Shown in pieces: positions 1-11,659 of a stretch of 64,000 nt of DNA. Below the pieces are notes generated by a model. The model had not been told where the DNA came from. It ran no database searches and saw only the letters and a program-made list of their open reading frames with translations. Source of the stretch: Glycera tridactyla (lineage: Eukaryota); NCBI GenBank assembly GCA_965644265.1, contig OZ286476.1:48298001-48362000 (forward strand). Reading direction: 5' to 3'. The position numbers and the translations under genes were made by a program. Position 1 is the first letter of the stretch, and every line of letters begins with the position of its first letter.

Positions 1-1803
1 ATTTGAAAGTCACACTTTTCCAGTCAGGTGGAAGACATCACAGGTGACTCCAATATATAAAGATGGAGACCGTTCAGACCCATCAAACTATCGCCCTATC
101 TCTATTTTGCCCTGGGTTTCTAAGATGATTGAGAAATCAGTACATTCACAACTCTACAAGTATTTCAATAAGAACGACCTTCTTAATTCTTGTCAGTCTG
201 GATTTAGATCGGGCTATTCAACTGAAACTGTCCTCCTACAAGTCACGAACAGCATAATAAATAATTCAGAAAATGGGAAACTAACAGTGGTTGCTTTTTT
301 GGATTTTAAAAAGGCCTTTGAAACTGTCAACCATTCTAGACTGCTTACTAAATTGAACAGTTATGGAGTCTCTGAAGACTCAATACAGTGGTTCGAAAGC
401 TTTCTAGTTGGAAGAAAACAAACGACCATGATAAATGGACAAATCTCTGAATCCAAAGAAGTCACCTGTGGTGTCCCTCAGGGCTCGACTCTAGGCCCTC
501 TACTATTTATCATTTATATTAATGATATTTGCAATGCACTCACAAGATGTAAATGCACGCTCTATGCTGATGACACAGCTATATATCATAGTGGTAAGGA
601 TCATATACGGATCGTGGATGACCTCCAGAGCGATTTACTCCAAGTAGAGAGATGGTTGAACACAAATAAATTATACCTGAATGTTAAGAAAACAAAAATC
701 ATGATTTTTGGGACCCGAGCTGTGTTATCAAACAGAGTTTTTCCGGATATCAAAATAAATAACGAGATTGTGGAGGTGGTCGAACAGTTTAAATACCTTG
801 GAGTCATCCTCGACCCGTGTATGTCTTTCGATAAACATGTCGAATATGTCTGTAAGAAGGCTAGCGTAAGAATCTTTATGCTAGCGAGAGCACGCGAGTT
901 TATCACCTCAAAAGCAGCTCAGAAACTATATTGTGCCCTTGTATTGCCGCTGCTCTATTATTGTGACACAGTTTTTCACTCATTGTCAGTCAAGGATGCA
1001 TATCAGTTGCAGGTTTTGCAGAACAAAGCCCTAAGAACCATTTTGTTGAAAAACAGATGGACTGACACAGATTTTTTGCATAGTAGCACAGGTATATTGA
1101 GATTGTCAGAGGCACGTGAACTTCATCTCATCTTGATTATGCAGAAATGTTCGAAAGATGAAGTACCTGTGTACATAAAGGAGGTACTGAAACCACTCTC
1201 AGACTATCATGACCATGGGACAAGAGGGGCACTGGAGGGGAATTATGAACTACCGCTAATGAAATCTGTACTTGGGCAAAAAGCATTCTCCTATGTTGGT
1301 CCACTTGTATGGAATAAGCTACCCACTGAACTGAAAAAGCTCAAGAATCTATCAAGAATTGCATTCACGGAACATGTTAGAACATGGATTACCACAAGAT
1401 AACTCAGTGAAGTATATTTGAGTAAAGTTTATTGGAAGGTAAAACAGATATGATATATCTCAGATGTTTCAAAATGGTGGCAGAGTTGACACAAAACCAT
1501 AGAATGTTTTTAACAAGATGCATTGATGTTTCAACCTATCGAAAAATAGCAGCAATTCTACAGCGGCCACGCTTCTGATGGTCAGTCTTGACAACCAGTA
1601 TCCAAAAAGAACACAATTTCTGAGTGAAAGTGTCAAGTCTGGCTCCATAACTGTATCTTACCTTGAGTGATTCACTGTCTATAGAAATTACATGGTGACT
1701 CATTCACGGATGCATCGAAAATCATGTACTGCTTATTTATGTATATGAATGTTATTTTCCGTGAAAGAAAATAAACGTTTTTCAACTTCAACTTCAACTT
1801 CAA
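1..1803 (+). mobile_element. CR1/L2-group LINE 3' portion: RT ORF, about 400-bp 3' UTR, AATAAA and (TTCAAC)n tail
   Basis: RT ORF ends at 1402, AATAAA is at 1770-1775, and the TTCAAC tandem tail spans 1781-1803. Short tandem-repeat tails are typical of CR1/L2-group LINEs. Confidence 0.9.
2..1402 (+). CDS. ORF2 C-terminal part (reverse transcriptase) of a CR1/L2-group non-LTR retrotransposon; frame is open back to the window edge
   Basis: The translation has NYRPISIL, QSGFR, LDFKKAF(E)TV, GVPQGSTLGP, YADD and FKYLGV in canonical order. The frame has no stop from base 2 (FESHTFPVRWKTSQVTPIYK...) to TAA at 1402. Confidence 0.95.
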   Translation, partial: FESHTFPVRWKTSQVTPIYKDGDRSDPSNYRPISILPWVSKMIEKSVHSQLYKYFNKNDLLNSCQSGFRSGYSTETVLLQVTNSIINNSENGKLTVVAFLDFKKAFETVNHSRLLTKLNSYGVSEDSIQWFESFLVGRKQTTMINGQISESKEVTCGVPQGSTLGPLLFIIYINDICNALTRCKCTLYADDTAIYHSGKDHIRIVDDLQSDLLQVERWLNTNKLYLNVKKTKIMIFGTRAVLSNRVFPDIKINNEIVEVVEQFKYLGVILDPCMSFDKHVEYVCKKASVRIFMLARAREFITSKAAQKLYCALVLPLLYYCDTVFHSLSVKDAYQLQVLQNKALRTILLKNRWTDTDFLHSSTGILRLSEARELHLILIMQKCSKDEVPVYIKEVLKPLSDYHDHGTRGALEGNYELPLMKSVLGQKAFSYVGPLVWNKLPTELKKLKNLSRIAFTEHVRTWITTR

Positions 1804-2739
1804 AAGATTTTCTACCTGGATGCATGCAAGACAAAAAGTCTGGTGTTGTAACAGGACATAATAGCTTTGACTGGGTATAAAAAATAGAAAAAAGCTACTG
1901 AGGCAATCATAATGCTACATCAGAATGTGTATGGAAGTACTGCTAATTTTGGAGTACTGACTTGCCAACCAGTTCCTCATGGAATCTGGTGAGCCCAACT
2001 GCAAGATCATGTCCTAGTTACAACACAAAAATTATTTTCACATCTTGCTTTATTGGAGAGTCCCTCTCACTGGTTCCTCCATATTTCTTCAGGTTCCCCT
2101 CTCTGGATAATATCTTCAATGTTATATCACTTCTGTGAACAATCCAGGCACAGAGATAAGAAAAACCTGCATGAAATCATTATAAAAATCAAGTAGTACG
2201 GTGTTGTAAGTGGACAGTGCCATATCTGCCACATTTCATTGCATGTTACACCAGAATTTTGTATAAATCATCCCTCAGGTATCATTCAATCAATCATGAG
2301 ATCAGATTGTGAGGAGAAAAGAAATGTGTAAGACATGTATGTTACATGAATTTGGTTCCATGGATTGGACAGGGGGTCAAATTTCGCTGTTGTAACAAAA
2401 AAAATTAGGACATTATGTTTGAAATCATCTCAATCAGTATACAAATGGAATTTTTGCCTGATTTTTTTAAATGATTCAAGATGGGTGATTACCTTGATAA
2501 AAGAGCACAGGTAGTAAATATGTGTGGACATGATGGTTTTCTTTCATTTGACACCAAATTTGTGGGGTTGTATTGTTCTGATGCCAGGATATGACTTTTT
2601 AAATAATAGAGTTGATGATTGTTCCTCAAAATAGCCAATTTTAGGGTTATTTTCTGCACTTTGACATCTGATAAATGATAGTTTCCATTGAGATATCATC
2701 TTGAAATTCAAGCATATGACAGAGAAATATGTTCTGTCT

Positions 2740-2930
2740 TATTTAGTGAAGAGTTGGTGCAATTATATTCTCATGGTTTTTGATGGCAGTTGTTTTACTG
2801 ATTTGGACATTTCATCATATGGTACTGTCTCTAAAGGTGGTGATCACGCCTAGGATAAAATGTCCTAATCAGTTAAACAGCTGCCATTACAAACCATGGG
2901 AATATAATTGCACCAACTCTTCACTAAATA
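2740..2930. mobile_element. Palindromic (hairpin) MITE-like element, about 77-bp arms
   Basis: 2740-2816 is the reverse complement of 2854-2930. The first 31 bp (TATTTAGTGAAGAGTTGGTGCAATTATATTC) match perfectly, with about 7 mismatches overall. Both ends are TA. Confidence 0.75.
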
Positions 2931-5402
2931 TTGATTGCCCTCTACAATATCCAACAATTCAAATTTGGATCTCTTCATAAGCATGACATAGTGACCTGGT
3001 GACCTATAGAATGTCCGCACTATCTGTCTGTCGGCATCATTGTTTGGCTTCTATGTGTATTATCAAAATGAAGTGTATGATTATACTGCGATCATCCTTC
3101 GCAAAACAAAAGTATGTTATAATATGAATGCATTGTATGACAAAGATATTGATGTAAGTACCATCAGGCAGTAAATTTGAACTGTCAATCTCGGGGGAGG
3201 GGGAGGGGGTCAAGGATACACTCATGTTGAAGAAATAAGTTTTTGAAGCCTTTGAAGGCTGAACGTTAGAGTTGATGGCGAATCACATTATAGAGGATGC
3301 TACAAGGATGTTTTATCGGATTTCACATATCCCAGCATGGAAATCCCCTGGAGAGTATTGGTGATAATCACTGACTATCACCCATCAATAGCCTACATAC
3401 TGGGTCACTTACCCAGCATCATCTACACCTCCCCAGGGAGGGACTGGCTGATTGGTGGGGAAATCATTCTCCAAGATAACTGAATGATGCTTCCAACAAA
3501 GATGTATGTGGTATCGGGAGCACCTGACAAGCCAGCAAGTGGTACGGGCACCTGGAGTTGGATTTCTCAGTCTTCCTCCTGCATTTTTTGAAGTAGCAAT
3601 GGGCCGATGATTTAATGAATTTGATGACAATTTGAACAAATTAAACACCATCATTCATTCCACATCCATAATCCATATCGTGGGATTTTTTTCTCCAAGA
3701 TAATTACTATCCAGGAAATAGCTCCTATCATTCATCTACAACTAAGATGAGCTACACTTTCCAGGTCCTCTGAGAGAAACCAACTTTTCCAATCCAGACT
3801 TGTTGTGCACAATTTCATAGTGCACATAACACAATTCGATACAACATAACCTGCGATGAGCAGTTACACCTTCCTATGATTACCTTGAGAATATACCAGC
3901 GACCTTCAAGTAACCCTCTCAAGGAACACAATTTCAAAGAACTCAAGGTGCTTGTTTCTTCTATAGCCCTATGCTATCTTCTACATCTTAGTACATAAAG
4001 ACTTGATGTGAGCCAGTGCAACAAAAGAAACATCCAGATCAACTGTCCTGTAAGCAACCTCTAAGCGATATTTTGCGTTCGGCTTTTTGTTAATATTCAT
4101 TCGCAGTCAAAAGTCATGAGATGCTTGAGAGTGAATATTAGAAAACTATATTCGAGGAAATGATGACAAGGACTTGCTTGTTTTGGAAAAATCAACCTAT
4201 GTGTTCTGTCATTTAATGATGAGAGGCAGAAAAATTGATTCTGACAAGGTGACATCAATTATTAGAATTGAAATCCAATTCAAATCAAATTCTGAGTGGA
4301 TCATCCCAATACCACTGTCTCCTTCACTACACAGAGCATCATGTGACTTGACTACTTCAGCAGAATTCATGATCCAGTATCTTGAAGAAATTTGGAGTGT
4401 GAGAAAGCATTCCTGCTAATAAAATTAATGGTCCATTCTTCAAGGACTTGAACATATGAGAGGCGATTCTCTTGTAGAAAGAGAGACGTCTCGGATAATC
4501 CTGCCTGTGTTGAAGGGATGTTTAGCCCTACTCAATCAATCGATCCCTAGAAGAGTGAGCTTCAGCCATAGCAGAGTTACCAGCAGATGACAGACAACAA
4601 ATTCCTGTGCTGAGTACACCAAGCTCTCCTACTTACCATTGATATTTTTTAGATTTGCTAGTTGTAGAATCTCTGGGCCTCTCTCTTTTGAAGTTTGATC
4701 CTCAGCCAAAGTAGCAAGGTCGGAGAAGTCAAGAGACTACCAACAGCTATCACAACCATCAGCAGAGGCCGGTAAAAGATACAAAGGCAGAAAAAGAGAG
4801 GTGTTTACAGTGAAGCATTTTTACCAAGTGACTTATTTATTGTTCTTGAACTATGAGCCAACTGAAGTCTTGTTCTGCCAGCCAACATGTCACAACATTG
4901 CAATATCAAGCTGGGGAAATTGCCAAGAGTTATTGTCTCTTTCTGCAACATTCATACATACTATCTCTTAACAACTCCATGGATTGGAAAAATCTATTCT
5001 GCAGAAAAATGGAATAAAAAAACAGAATTTGCAGTTTTCATTATAAGATGGACTATACTGAACATGGCATAATGAGCAGACCTGGGGATAATTTCTTCAG
5101 GAGTAGTTATAAGTTGTTTATTTTTCATATTCATAAAAATGTAGAATTACAGAATCTCAGAATCACATGCAGGAACTATCACAGAATTCTGCAGTTTTTA
5201 TTTGGGTTGTTGCCACATTTGCAAACTTTGATTGCATTCCTCTCATGAATCAAGACTGGTTGTAAATAAAACAGAATTGCTTCATTTGTAAAAAGAAAAA
5301 CACATATTTGCCGGAAAAAAAACTGGGAAATGGCACATTTTGATATGGAATTTCCAGGTCCTCTGGCTCCCATCTTATCTCAATGTCCTGAATACTTCGA
5401 CT

Positions 5403-8065
5403 TATGGAAGCGTTGAAGTGCCAAATTGAAGAAGTGAGAAAACTTTTTCATCACCTGAGTAGGACTTATCATCTACATAGGACTTACCATCACCTACGTA
5501 GGATTTAACATATCAATATATGGAACGGTGAACTCAATTAGCATGCAGTCATACTTTATTTTTGTATGTTGGTTCCCTACCATCATCTCATGGATTATCC
5601 ATGATGATTTCTGAGGATGTAATTCGTACATTTGCTAAAGTGCATTATTAATAGCTATACTCCATTGATCATGCAACATGAAGACATATTTAGGTAAACT
5701 TATTATATGAGCATTTTTCAAAAAGTAGGACCAAGCTGCACTCAAGAGGTTTGTAGGTGGTATATCTTTATTGTTAATTTGATGATGAACCAGCAGCTAT
5801 AGTCCAACAATTTGTCACTGGTAGAGCTACAAAAGATCCATTTTCCAAGGCTCTACCTCCTATGGTTATAATTCTATTCAGTTTTTATCAGCCAAAATCA
5901 TCCATTTTTTACTACCAAAAGTGTTACACAAGGAGGGTGGGGTCAGCATTTCTCCTGTCATGCCCCAGTGCCATATCGCAGCATAATAATTCCATGTTTC
6001 CCTAAAAACAGGATAATTTCCCTTTCTCATTCACCAAGAGCCAACCCAAAATTAGTTTAGGAAGATTCTGAAAATGTCAGTCAAAAAGTGTCATACGTAC
6101 ATCACCCTCCGTCAAAGAAAAATGACCCAATTTTGTAGCACCACTTACACAATATTTAAAAGTATGTGTACATCCTACATGGATGGTATCAAATCAAGCA
6201 AATCTTTTCTATGGATTTATGTGAAAACAACAAGCACAGAATCTCAAATTTCACTTGAAAATGATCTTGAAATAAAACAAAAACAAATGTCCGTCAAACA
6301 TCATGTACAAAAAAAGTGAACTTTGGGTTCCATTCCATGAGCTTGTCATGACTGCTGTCAGGTAATAAATCTTACACAGTGACCTTATGTTAGAAAGTTG
6401 CCACTGCCCCATTCTCAAAGTTATCAAGAAGAATACAGCAGAGAAATAGTGAGAAGTAATTTTTGTCCGTCAAAGTTTTTGCTGAGTGATGTACGCACAA
6501 ACAACAATATTTCAGTATTCTCATGTATATTCCATCAGAAATGAGTGATGTACATGTTCCAATTGTAAATTGCAATTGTTGTAGGCATTTAATTCACTTG
6601 CCACTTCATTACTGCAACTTTTACAAGCAAAAATGTTTTTTGTCAAACTTGTGGTCAAAAGTGATGCTATTCAAGTCAAGCGAAGTGGTTTCATTTAAAG
6701 GACAGGCTGAATTTACATGTTTTAGCTTTCCCATGAACTTTTGGCACCTGAGACTAATGAATGCTAACAGTTAATTTTGATTGAGCTTTATCTGCAACAA
6801 GGTTAGAGAAGATTATTGTTCTGTACATCATTTTTGACATGGTAACTAATGAAATCATGGAATCATGGAGTCCAACACGATGTACATGTTTCCGATCACC
6901 AGTAAATGAAGGAATAAAAGCAATTGTGATTAATAGTGATGAGCAGGATGTCCAATACAATCATCGTCAAAGGAATCTTCACCTCATGTGTAAAATCTGA
7001 CTATCCATGTGATTCTTGATAGATAATTTCTTGCCACTTGTCCAAAGTGATGTACAAATGTCAAACATAATGTACACAACAAAAAAGTTTCAAGTTAAGG
7101 TATTTTCTCTCATCTCTACACTGCAACTCTGATAGAGGATACCATCCTCCATGAGTCAGACTCAATGAGATCTGCAGGCATGATTAAATGTTGAAATTTA
7201 GCTTAGGAGAAGATTTTGAACATTTCTCAAAAAATTGCAAAAAAATAAAGTCGAAATATTGCCATGTATGGCCAAAATTTCTCACGGATCATTGCTGATT
7301 TATTATTTGCTGATCACTGAAGATATAACCTAATAATTCATGCACAAGCAAGCCAGCTGTAATAAGTAGAAATACTTTTTTCCTTTCAAAATAGCCCTGG
7401 GAGTGATGTATATGATGCATACCACCTTCTGCAGGTTGAACCCCAATAACATAAGTTACCTTGTTCTAAGAACTGGGGTTTTGGTGGTTTTTGGAAACAG
7501 ACATGTTCATCTTTCATTTGGTACAAAGTTTGAAATGATACGATGAATTTGAATTTTGGACCCTTTTTAACACTTCTTGGTCCTACTTTTTGAAAAAGGG
7601 TCATATACATAAGTACACTGAATGGACTCTTGATTTGTTGAATCCGACCAATTGTTGCAGCTGAAAAAACAGACCCTTGAGTCTGACCACATAAAATTGT
7701 ATTTGTTGATTTGCATGAAGTCTGCTGTATGTCGCCTGTATTATTTTCAATAATAATAAAAGTATCGTCATTGTCATTGTCATTGTCATAGTAGACTGGT
7801 CTCAAACCATTATCGAACAAACTATCTGTAATATTGCTTCTTTATCACATATGCGGACTGTGAATGAGACAGAGAATAGTGAAGCAATGAGCACCAACAT
7901 ACACCACCTCTTGGTCAACATCTAGTACAGAACAGGCTTACATTCACAGGTGATGATAAGTCCTACATAGGAGATAATTAAGTCCAATGTAGATGATAGT
8001 AAGTCCTACCTAGGTGATAAAAAAGTTTTCTCACTTTTTCAATTTGGCACCTCAATGCTTCCATA
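5403..8065. mobile_element. Long imperfect inverted arms 2.66 kb apart (foldback-like element, or two inverted copies of one repeat)
   Basis: TATGGAAGCGTTGAAGTGCCAAATTGAAGAAGTGAGAAA...GTAGGACTTA at 5403-5510 matches the reverse complement of about 7945-8065. A second inverted match, TTTTTCAAAAAGTAGGACCAAG, links about 5715-5736 with about 7575-7597. Confidence 0.6.
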
Positions 8066-8449
8066 TCAACTCAATGACTCAACTTAATTGACAAAAAATT
8101 GATGAGTGTCTGCCAAATGATTGTCAAACATATGCCTGTACACTGAGCCTCCTCCGGATCCATCCAATGCTTGTATGTCAAGGCACTGATTGCTGCAGTT
8201 GCAGTATTTTATGGGGCTTCATGCAGTGAGCGAGTGGGACACGCAAGAGCTCTCTATGCAGAAAAATATGATTGAGATCACAGCTCAGACTCGTCTTTGT
8301 AGGCAGGTAGCATTTTTGAAAGAGAAAGTCTATCAAGCGGATTTGACTGTACAGTGCTTGGAACAATTACAGATGCTCTGAAAGAAGAAAATCATTGAAA
8401 CAAAATAGGCATTTTTCGCTTACAGGATAATGACCTAAGATACCTGGTA

Positions 8450-9417
8450 CAGTCCAACCTGCTCTAACGACCACCTCTCTATAGCGACCACCTCGCTTTA
8501 ACGACCACCCCTGACCGCGACCGACGTATTTTTCACTATAATTGACCTCCCTATAGCGACCACCTCCCAACTCCGACCAGCGACCGCCATTTTTGGTTGA
8601 GGAACCTTCCTATAACGACCACTTGGCCGCACTCGAGACCGTGAAATCTGCTCAGATTCCGCTTGCTCGCCTCTCAGATCAACTCACTTCCCCCGCCTAC
8701 AAGCTAGCAGCGGCCGGTCTCCCTCCTCCAGCGACCTTCCGACCAAACCCCACACCGTGAAATCTGCTCAGATTCCGCTTGCTCGCCTCTCAGATCAACT
8801 CACTTCCCCCGCCTACAAGCTAGCAGCGGCCAGTCTCCCTCCTCCAACGACCTTCTGACCAAACTCGACACCGTGATATGTGCTCAGATCAACTCACTTG
8901 CTCGCTACTCTCAAATCGTAACCATTTTCAATTTCAAACGAAAGTTCTTCATATTTCTTCTTTCTTTACTACTCGAAAGATCTCCTTCTACAAGCACTAA
9001 AATCGTCTTCATTTTCGAAAAAAATGCAAATAACACGAGTTTCTTTCGCACATCCGGGTAGTTTCGTTCTTTGTAATGTTTACAGTAATGGCCGCCATGG
9101 TCTCCCTCTTCACGCTTGATGAACGCATGTATCGTGTGTTGGTGATCATGTCGATATTTCGTCAATTTTGGTTGTATTACAGATGAATATCAATGAAAAG
9201 GATCGATTTGGCGATATTTACTGACAGTTGCCAGGTCGGAAACTTGGAGATTGAATGGTGAAGGTGTTGTTATCAGCACACTTGTCAGCTGTCACTTGCC
9301 GGCCACAGACGTGTATGAGAGTATATTTTTCATGAGAACCTCTCTGTAGCGACCACCTCTCTGTAACGACCACTCCGGCAGTCGACCGAGGGTGGTCGTT
9401 ATAGAGAGGTTCGACTG
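8450..9417. mobile_element. 968-bp non-autonomous Tc1/mariner(pogo)-type element with internal approx. 116-bp tandem units
   Basis: TA|CAGTCCAACC ... GGTTCGACTG|TA. Subterminal (A/C)GACCAC reiterations and about 2.3 tandem units at 8640-8880. Homologous in the opposite orientation to 30427-31575. Confidence 0.9.
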
Positions 9418-10627
9418 TACTTTCATTTCAGATATTGCATATATTTGGGTACTAATTCTTGGAAAAGTTGTTACATCATTTACTTCCGGGTGGTAATGAC
9501 AATGATAAAGCCCAGCATAAGCAATAAACATCAGCAATTCAAAGGCTCAAAAATTCTTTCATGCACAATCCTGGCAGGCTATAATTTCACACTTATTCCA
9601 ACCATCAGCCCATCACTTGCCAAATTATGAGTCTGTCTTCTATGTGGAGTATACACAATATTCAAGGTCATACCCAGGTATTTGACTACTTGAAAAATGA
9701 ACTGCATGTCCGATGTGCTCTGGAACATTCAAAGTACCCTGACGATCCATCCACGGATAAAAGGGTTTGATTTTGATATTCAAATAATTCTGCTTGGTTT
9801 GCATCCTTTGTAAATGAATTGTAATTGATGCTGTCATAATAGTCAAACAACAGAGTGATGAGTGACCTATGCATTGCACTGATTCATGAATCTCGCTTGA
9901 TGAGTCAATACATCCAGTTAATTTTGTATTGGGACTTCTCAAATCTTTCCATTCCCGAGATTCTCACTGGAACAACCATTTCACTAGTACTAGGTAATGT
10001 TATCGTCTGTTTCAGTCTAGCTAACCCAAGACAAGGTGATGTATTTTCCAAATTTATGTCTTGCTGGGGAAAAATAAGATTTGCAGACCACATGACGGTT
10101 CACCACCCTATATGTAACCAAAATGCAGTCTCCCATTGAAGGTGGTCTCATGTCCGAGGGTCTCTCATTGCAGGTTTCATTATAGATGACAATATTCATC
10201 AAAATTAATCAATATACTTCCACAATATTAGCAGAAAACTCAACAGAGCAAGTGGAAATCCAGCTAGTCAATTACCCATATTAGGCTCTTGGAAAATGGC
10301 AACCCGCTTACATCTCGACAGACATATGAGTGACAATCTCAACACACAGCTGAGTAAATGACCACCCATCTTGTTTACAACTCTTGGATGGTGGTGAAGT
10401 TCTGAAAAAAAAGTCCCGTCAAACACCTTGACATCTGGTGCCTAACATGTCTGAAACTCACACATTCTAATTATAATCAAAGGCCAACATCACTCAAATA
10501 TAATTCTCAGGCATCCTGTCTTTGGACACCTGCCTGCTGAAACATTTTTACATTCTGAAATCTACTTGTGAGGGTCCATTACCATCTGCCCGTAATGGCT
10601 ACAACCATATTCTGTACCCTTTGTTTG

Positions 10628-11295
10628 CCACGGGAGCACAGTGGGCAGCCCATATCACACACAGGAGCACAGTGGGTAACCCATATCTGAAAAGGTCATT
10701 GAGATGTTTGGTTGGCTATGTAATAAGTCACTGACCTATGACTTAGGGTCACATGCATTGTAAGGGAGATGTTGTAACATTGCTTGATCATCCCAGATAA
10801 GTTTGATCTTTATCTAACAATGCTAGCCTGAGTTATTAAGTGAGATGCAGAAATTTAAAAATAGCTACTGCGGCCTTGACCTTTGACCCAGGGTCACATG
10901 CATTGAATGGGAGATATCTCCCAATTGGGTCATTAATTTGTGGAACTTCGGTGCATATCGATCAATGCAAAATTGAGCTGGAGTGTAAAATGAGAAAATT
11001 TATGGACTGCTCCTGTGACCTTGACCTTAGACCTAGGGTCACATACATCGAAAGGTGTGTAAAATAAGAAAATCTATAAATAGCTGCTGTGACCTTGATC
11101 TTTGACCTTTGGGTACATAAATCAAATTCTTGAATACGATTTTTACCTGGATCACATTCATGAAGTTTTATGAAAATTGAACCTGCCAATTCAAAGTTAT
11201 TGCATGAAACGTGAGCGGACGGACGGATGGACAGACGGACGGACGGACGCCGGAGGTGAAACTAATATACCCGGCTTTTTCAAGAGCGGGGTATA
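10628..11295 (+). mobile_element. Helentron-associated (HINE/DINE-like) non-autonomous element, 3' part
   Basis: Degenerate GACCTTTGACCTAGGGTCACATGCAT core units, a (CGGA/CAGA)n microsatellite at about 11215-11250, and a terminal stem-loop TATACCCGGC-TTTTTCAAGA-GCGGGGTATA at 11266-11295 followed by an A run. Its 5' part matches 35798-35910. Confidence 0.75.
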
Positions 11296-11659
11296 AAAAG
11301 GACAAACCTAGATGATGCAATGACAGAATGACATAATCTTATTTATACTGGTAGTATAAGTAGCAGTGTTCATAATACAAACATATATTACAAATATATT
11401 GAGGGATACCAGCTAATGCTGATTTTGGCTACAACCAGTCTTCAGATACGCTCAATTAATCATTCTGCATATAAATACAGCGTACCATATGCACAACTTC
11501 AGGATATCTATTTCTTACCAACTGATTTTCAGATCATTTCTTGTGGTACTTCCTGGGAAACCCCCAAATCATCGCCCACAATTCATTGCAGGGATAGAGA
11601 TCCCGGCTTCCCCCGGCCTACTATGTCACCATTTCTTGTGGGACCTCCTGGGAAACCCC

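Noticed and set aside
1810-4800. Possible decayed DIRS/Ngaro element on the minus strand (VPVP...GAPDTTYIFVG, NVIRHQL*RS, LCPV)
   Set aside because: Matches are short, spacing does not fit the expected RT-RNaseH distance, and no YxDD was found; needs a tBLASTx or HMM search.
8190-8381. Coiled-coil-like ORF as an exon
   Set aside because: Overlaps an old MITE right end (GTCTTTGTAGGCAGG...GGATTTGACTGTA).
8911-9165. 84-aa ORF inside the 968-bp element as a transposase remnant
   Set aside because: No HTH or DDE motif; the homologous segment at 30.5 kb has stops and frame-disrupting indels.
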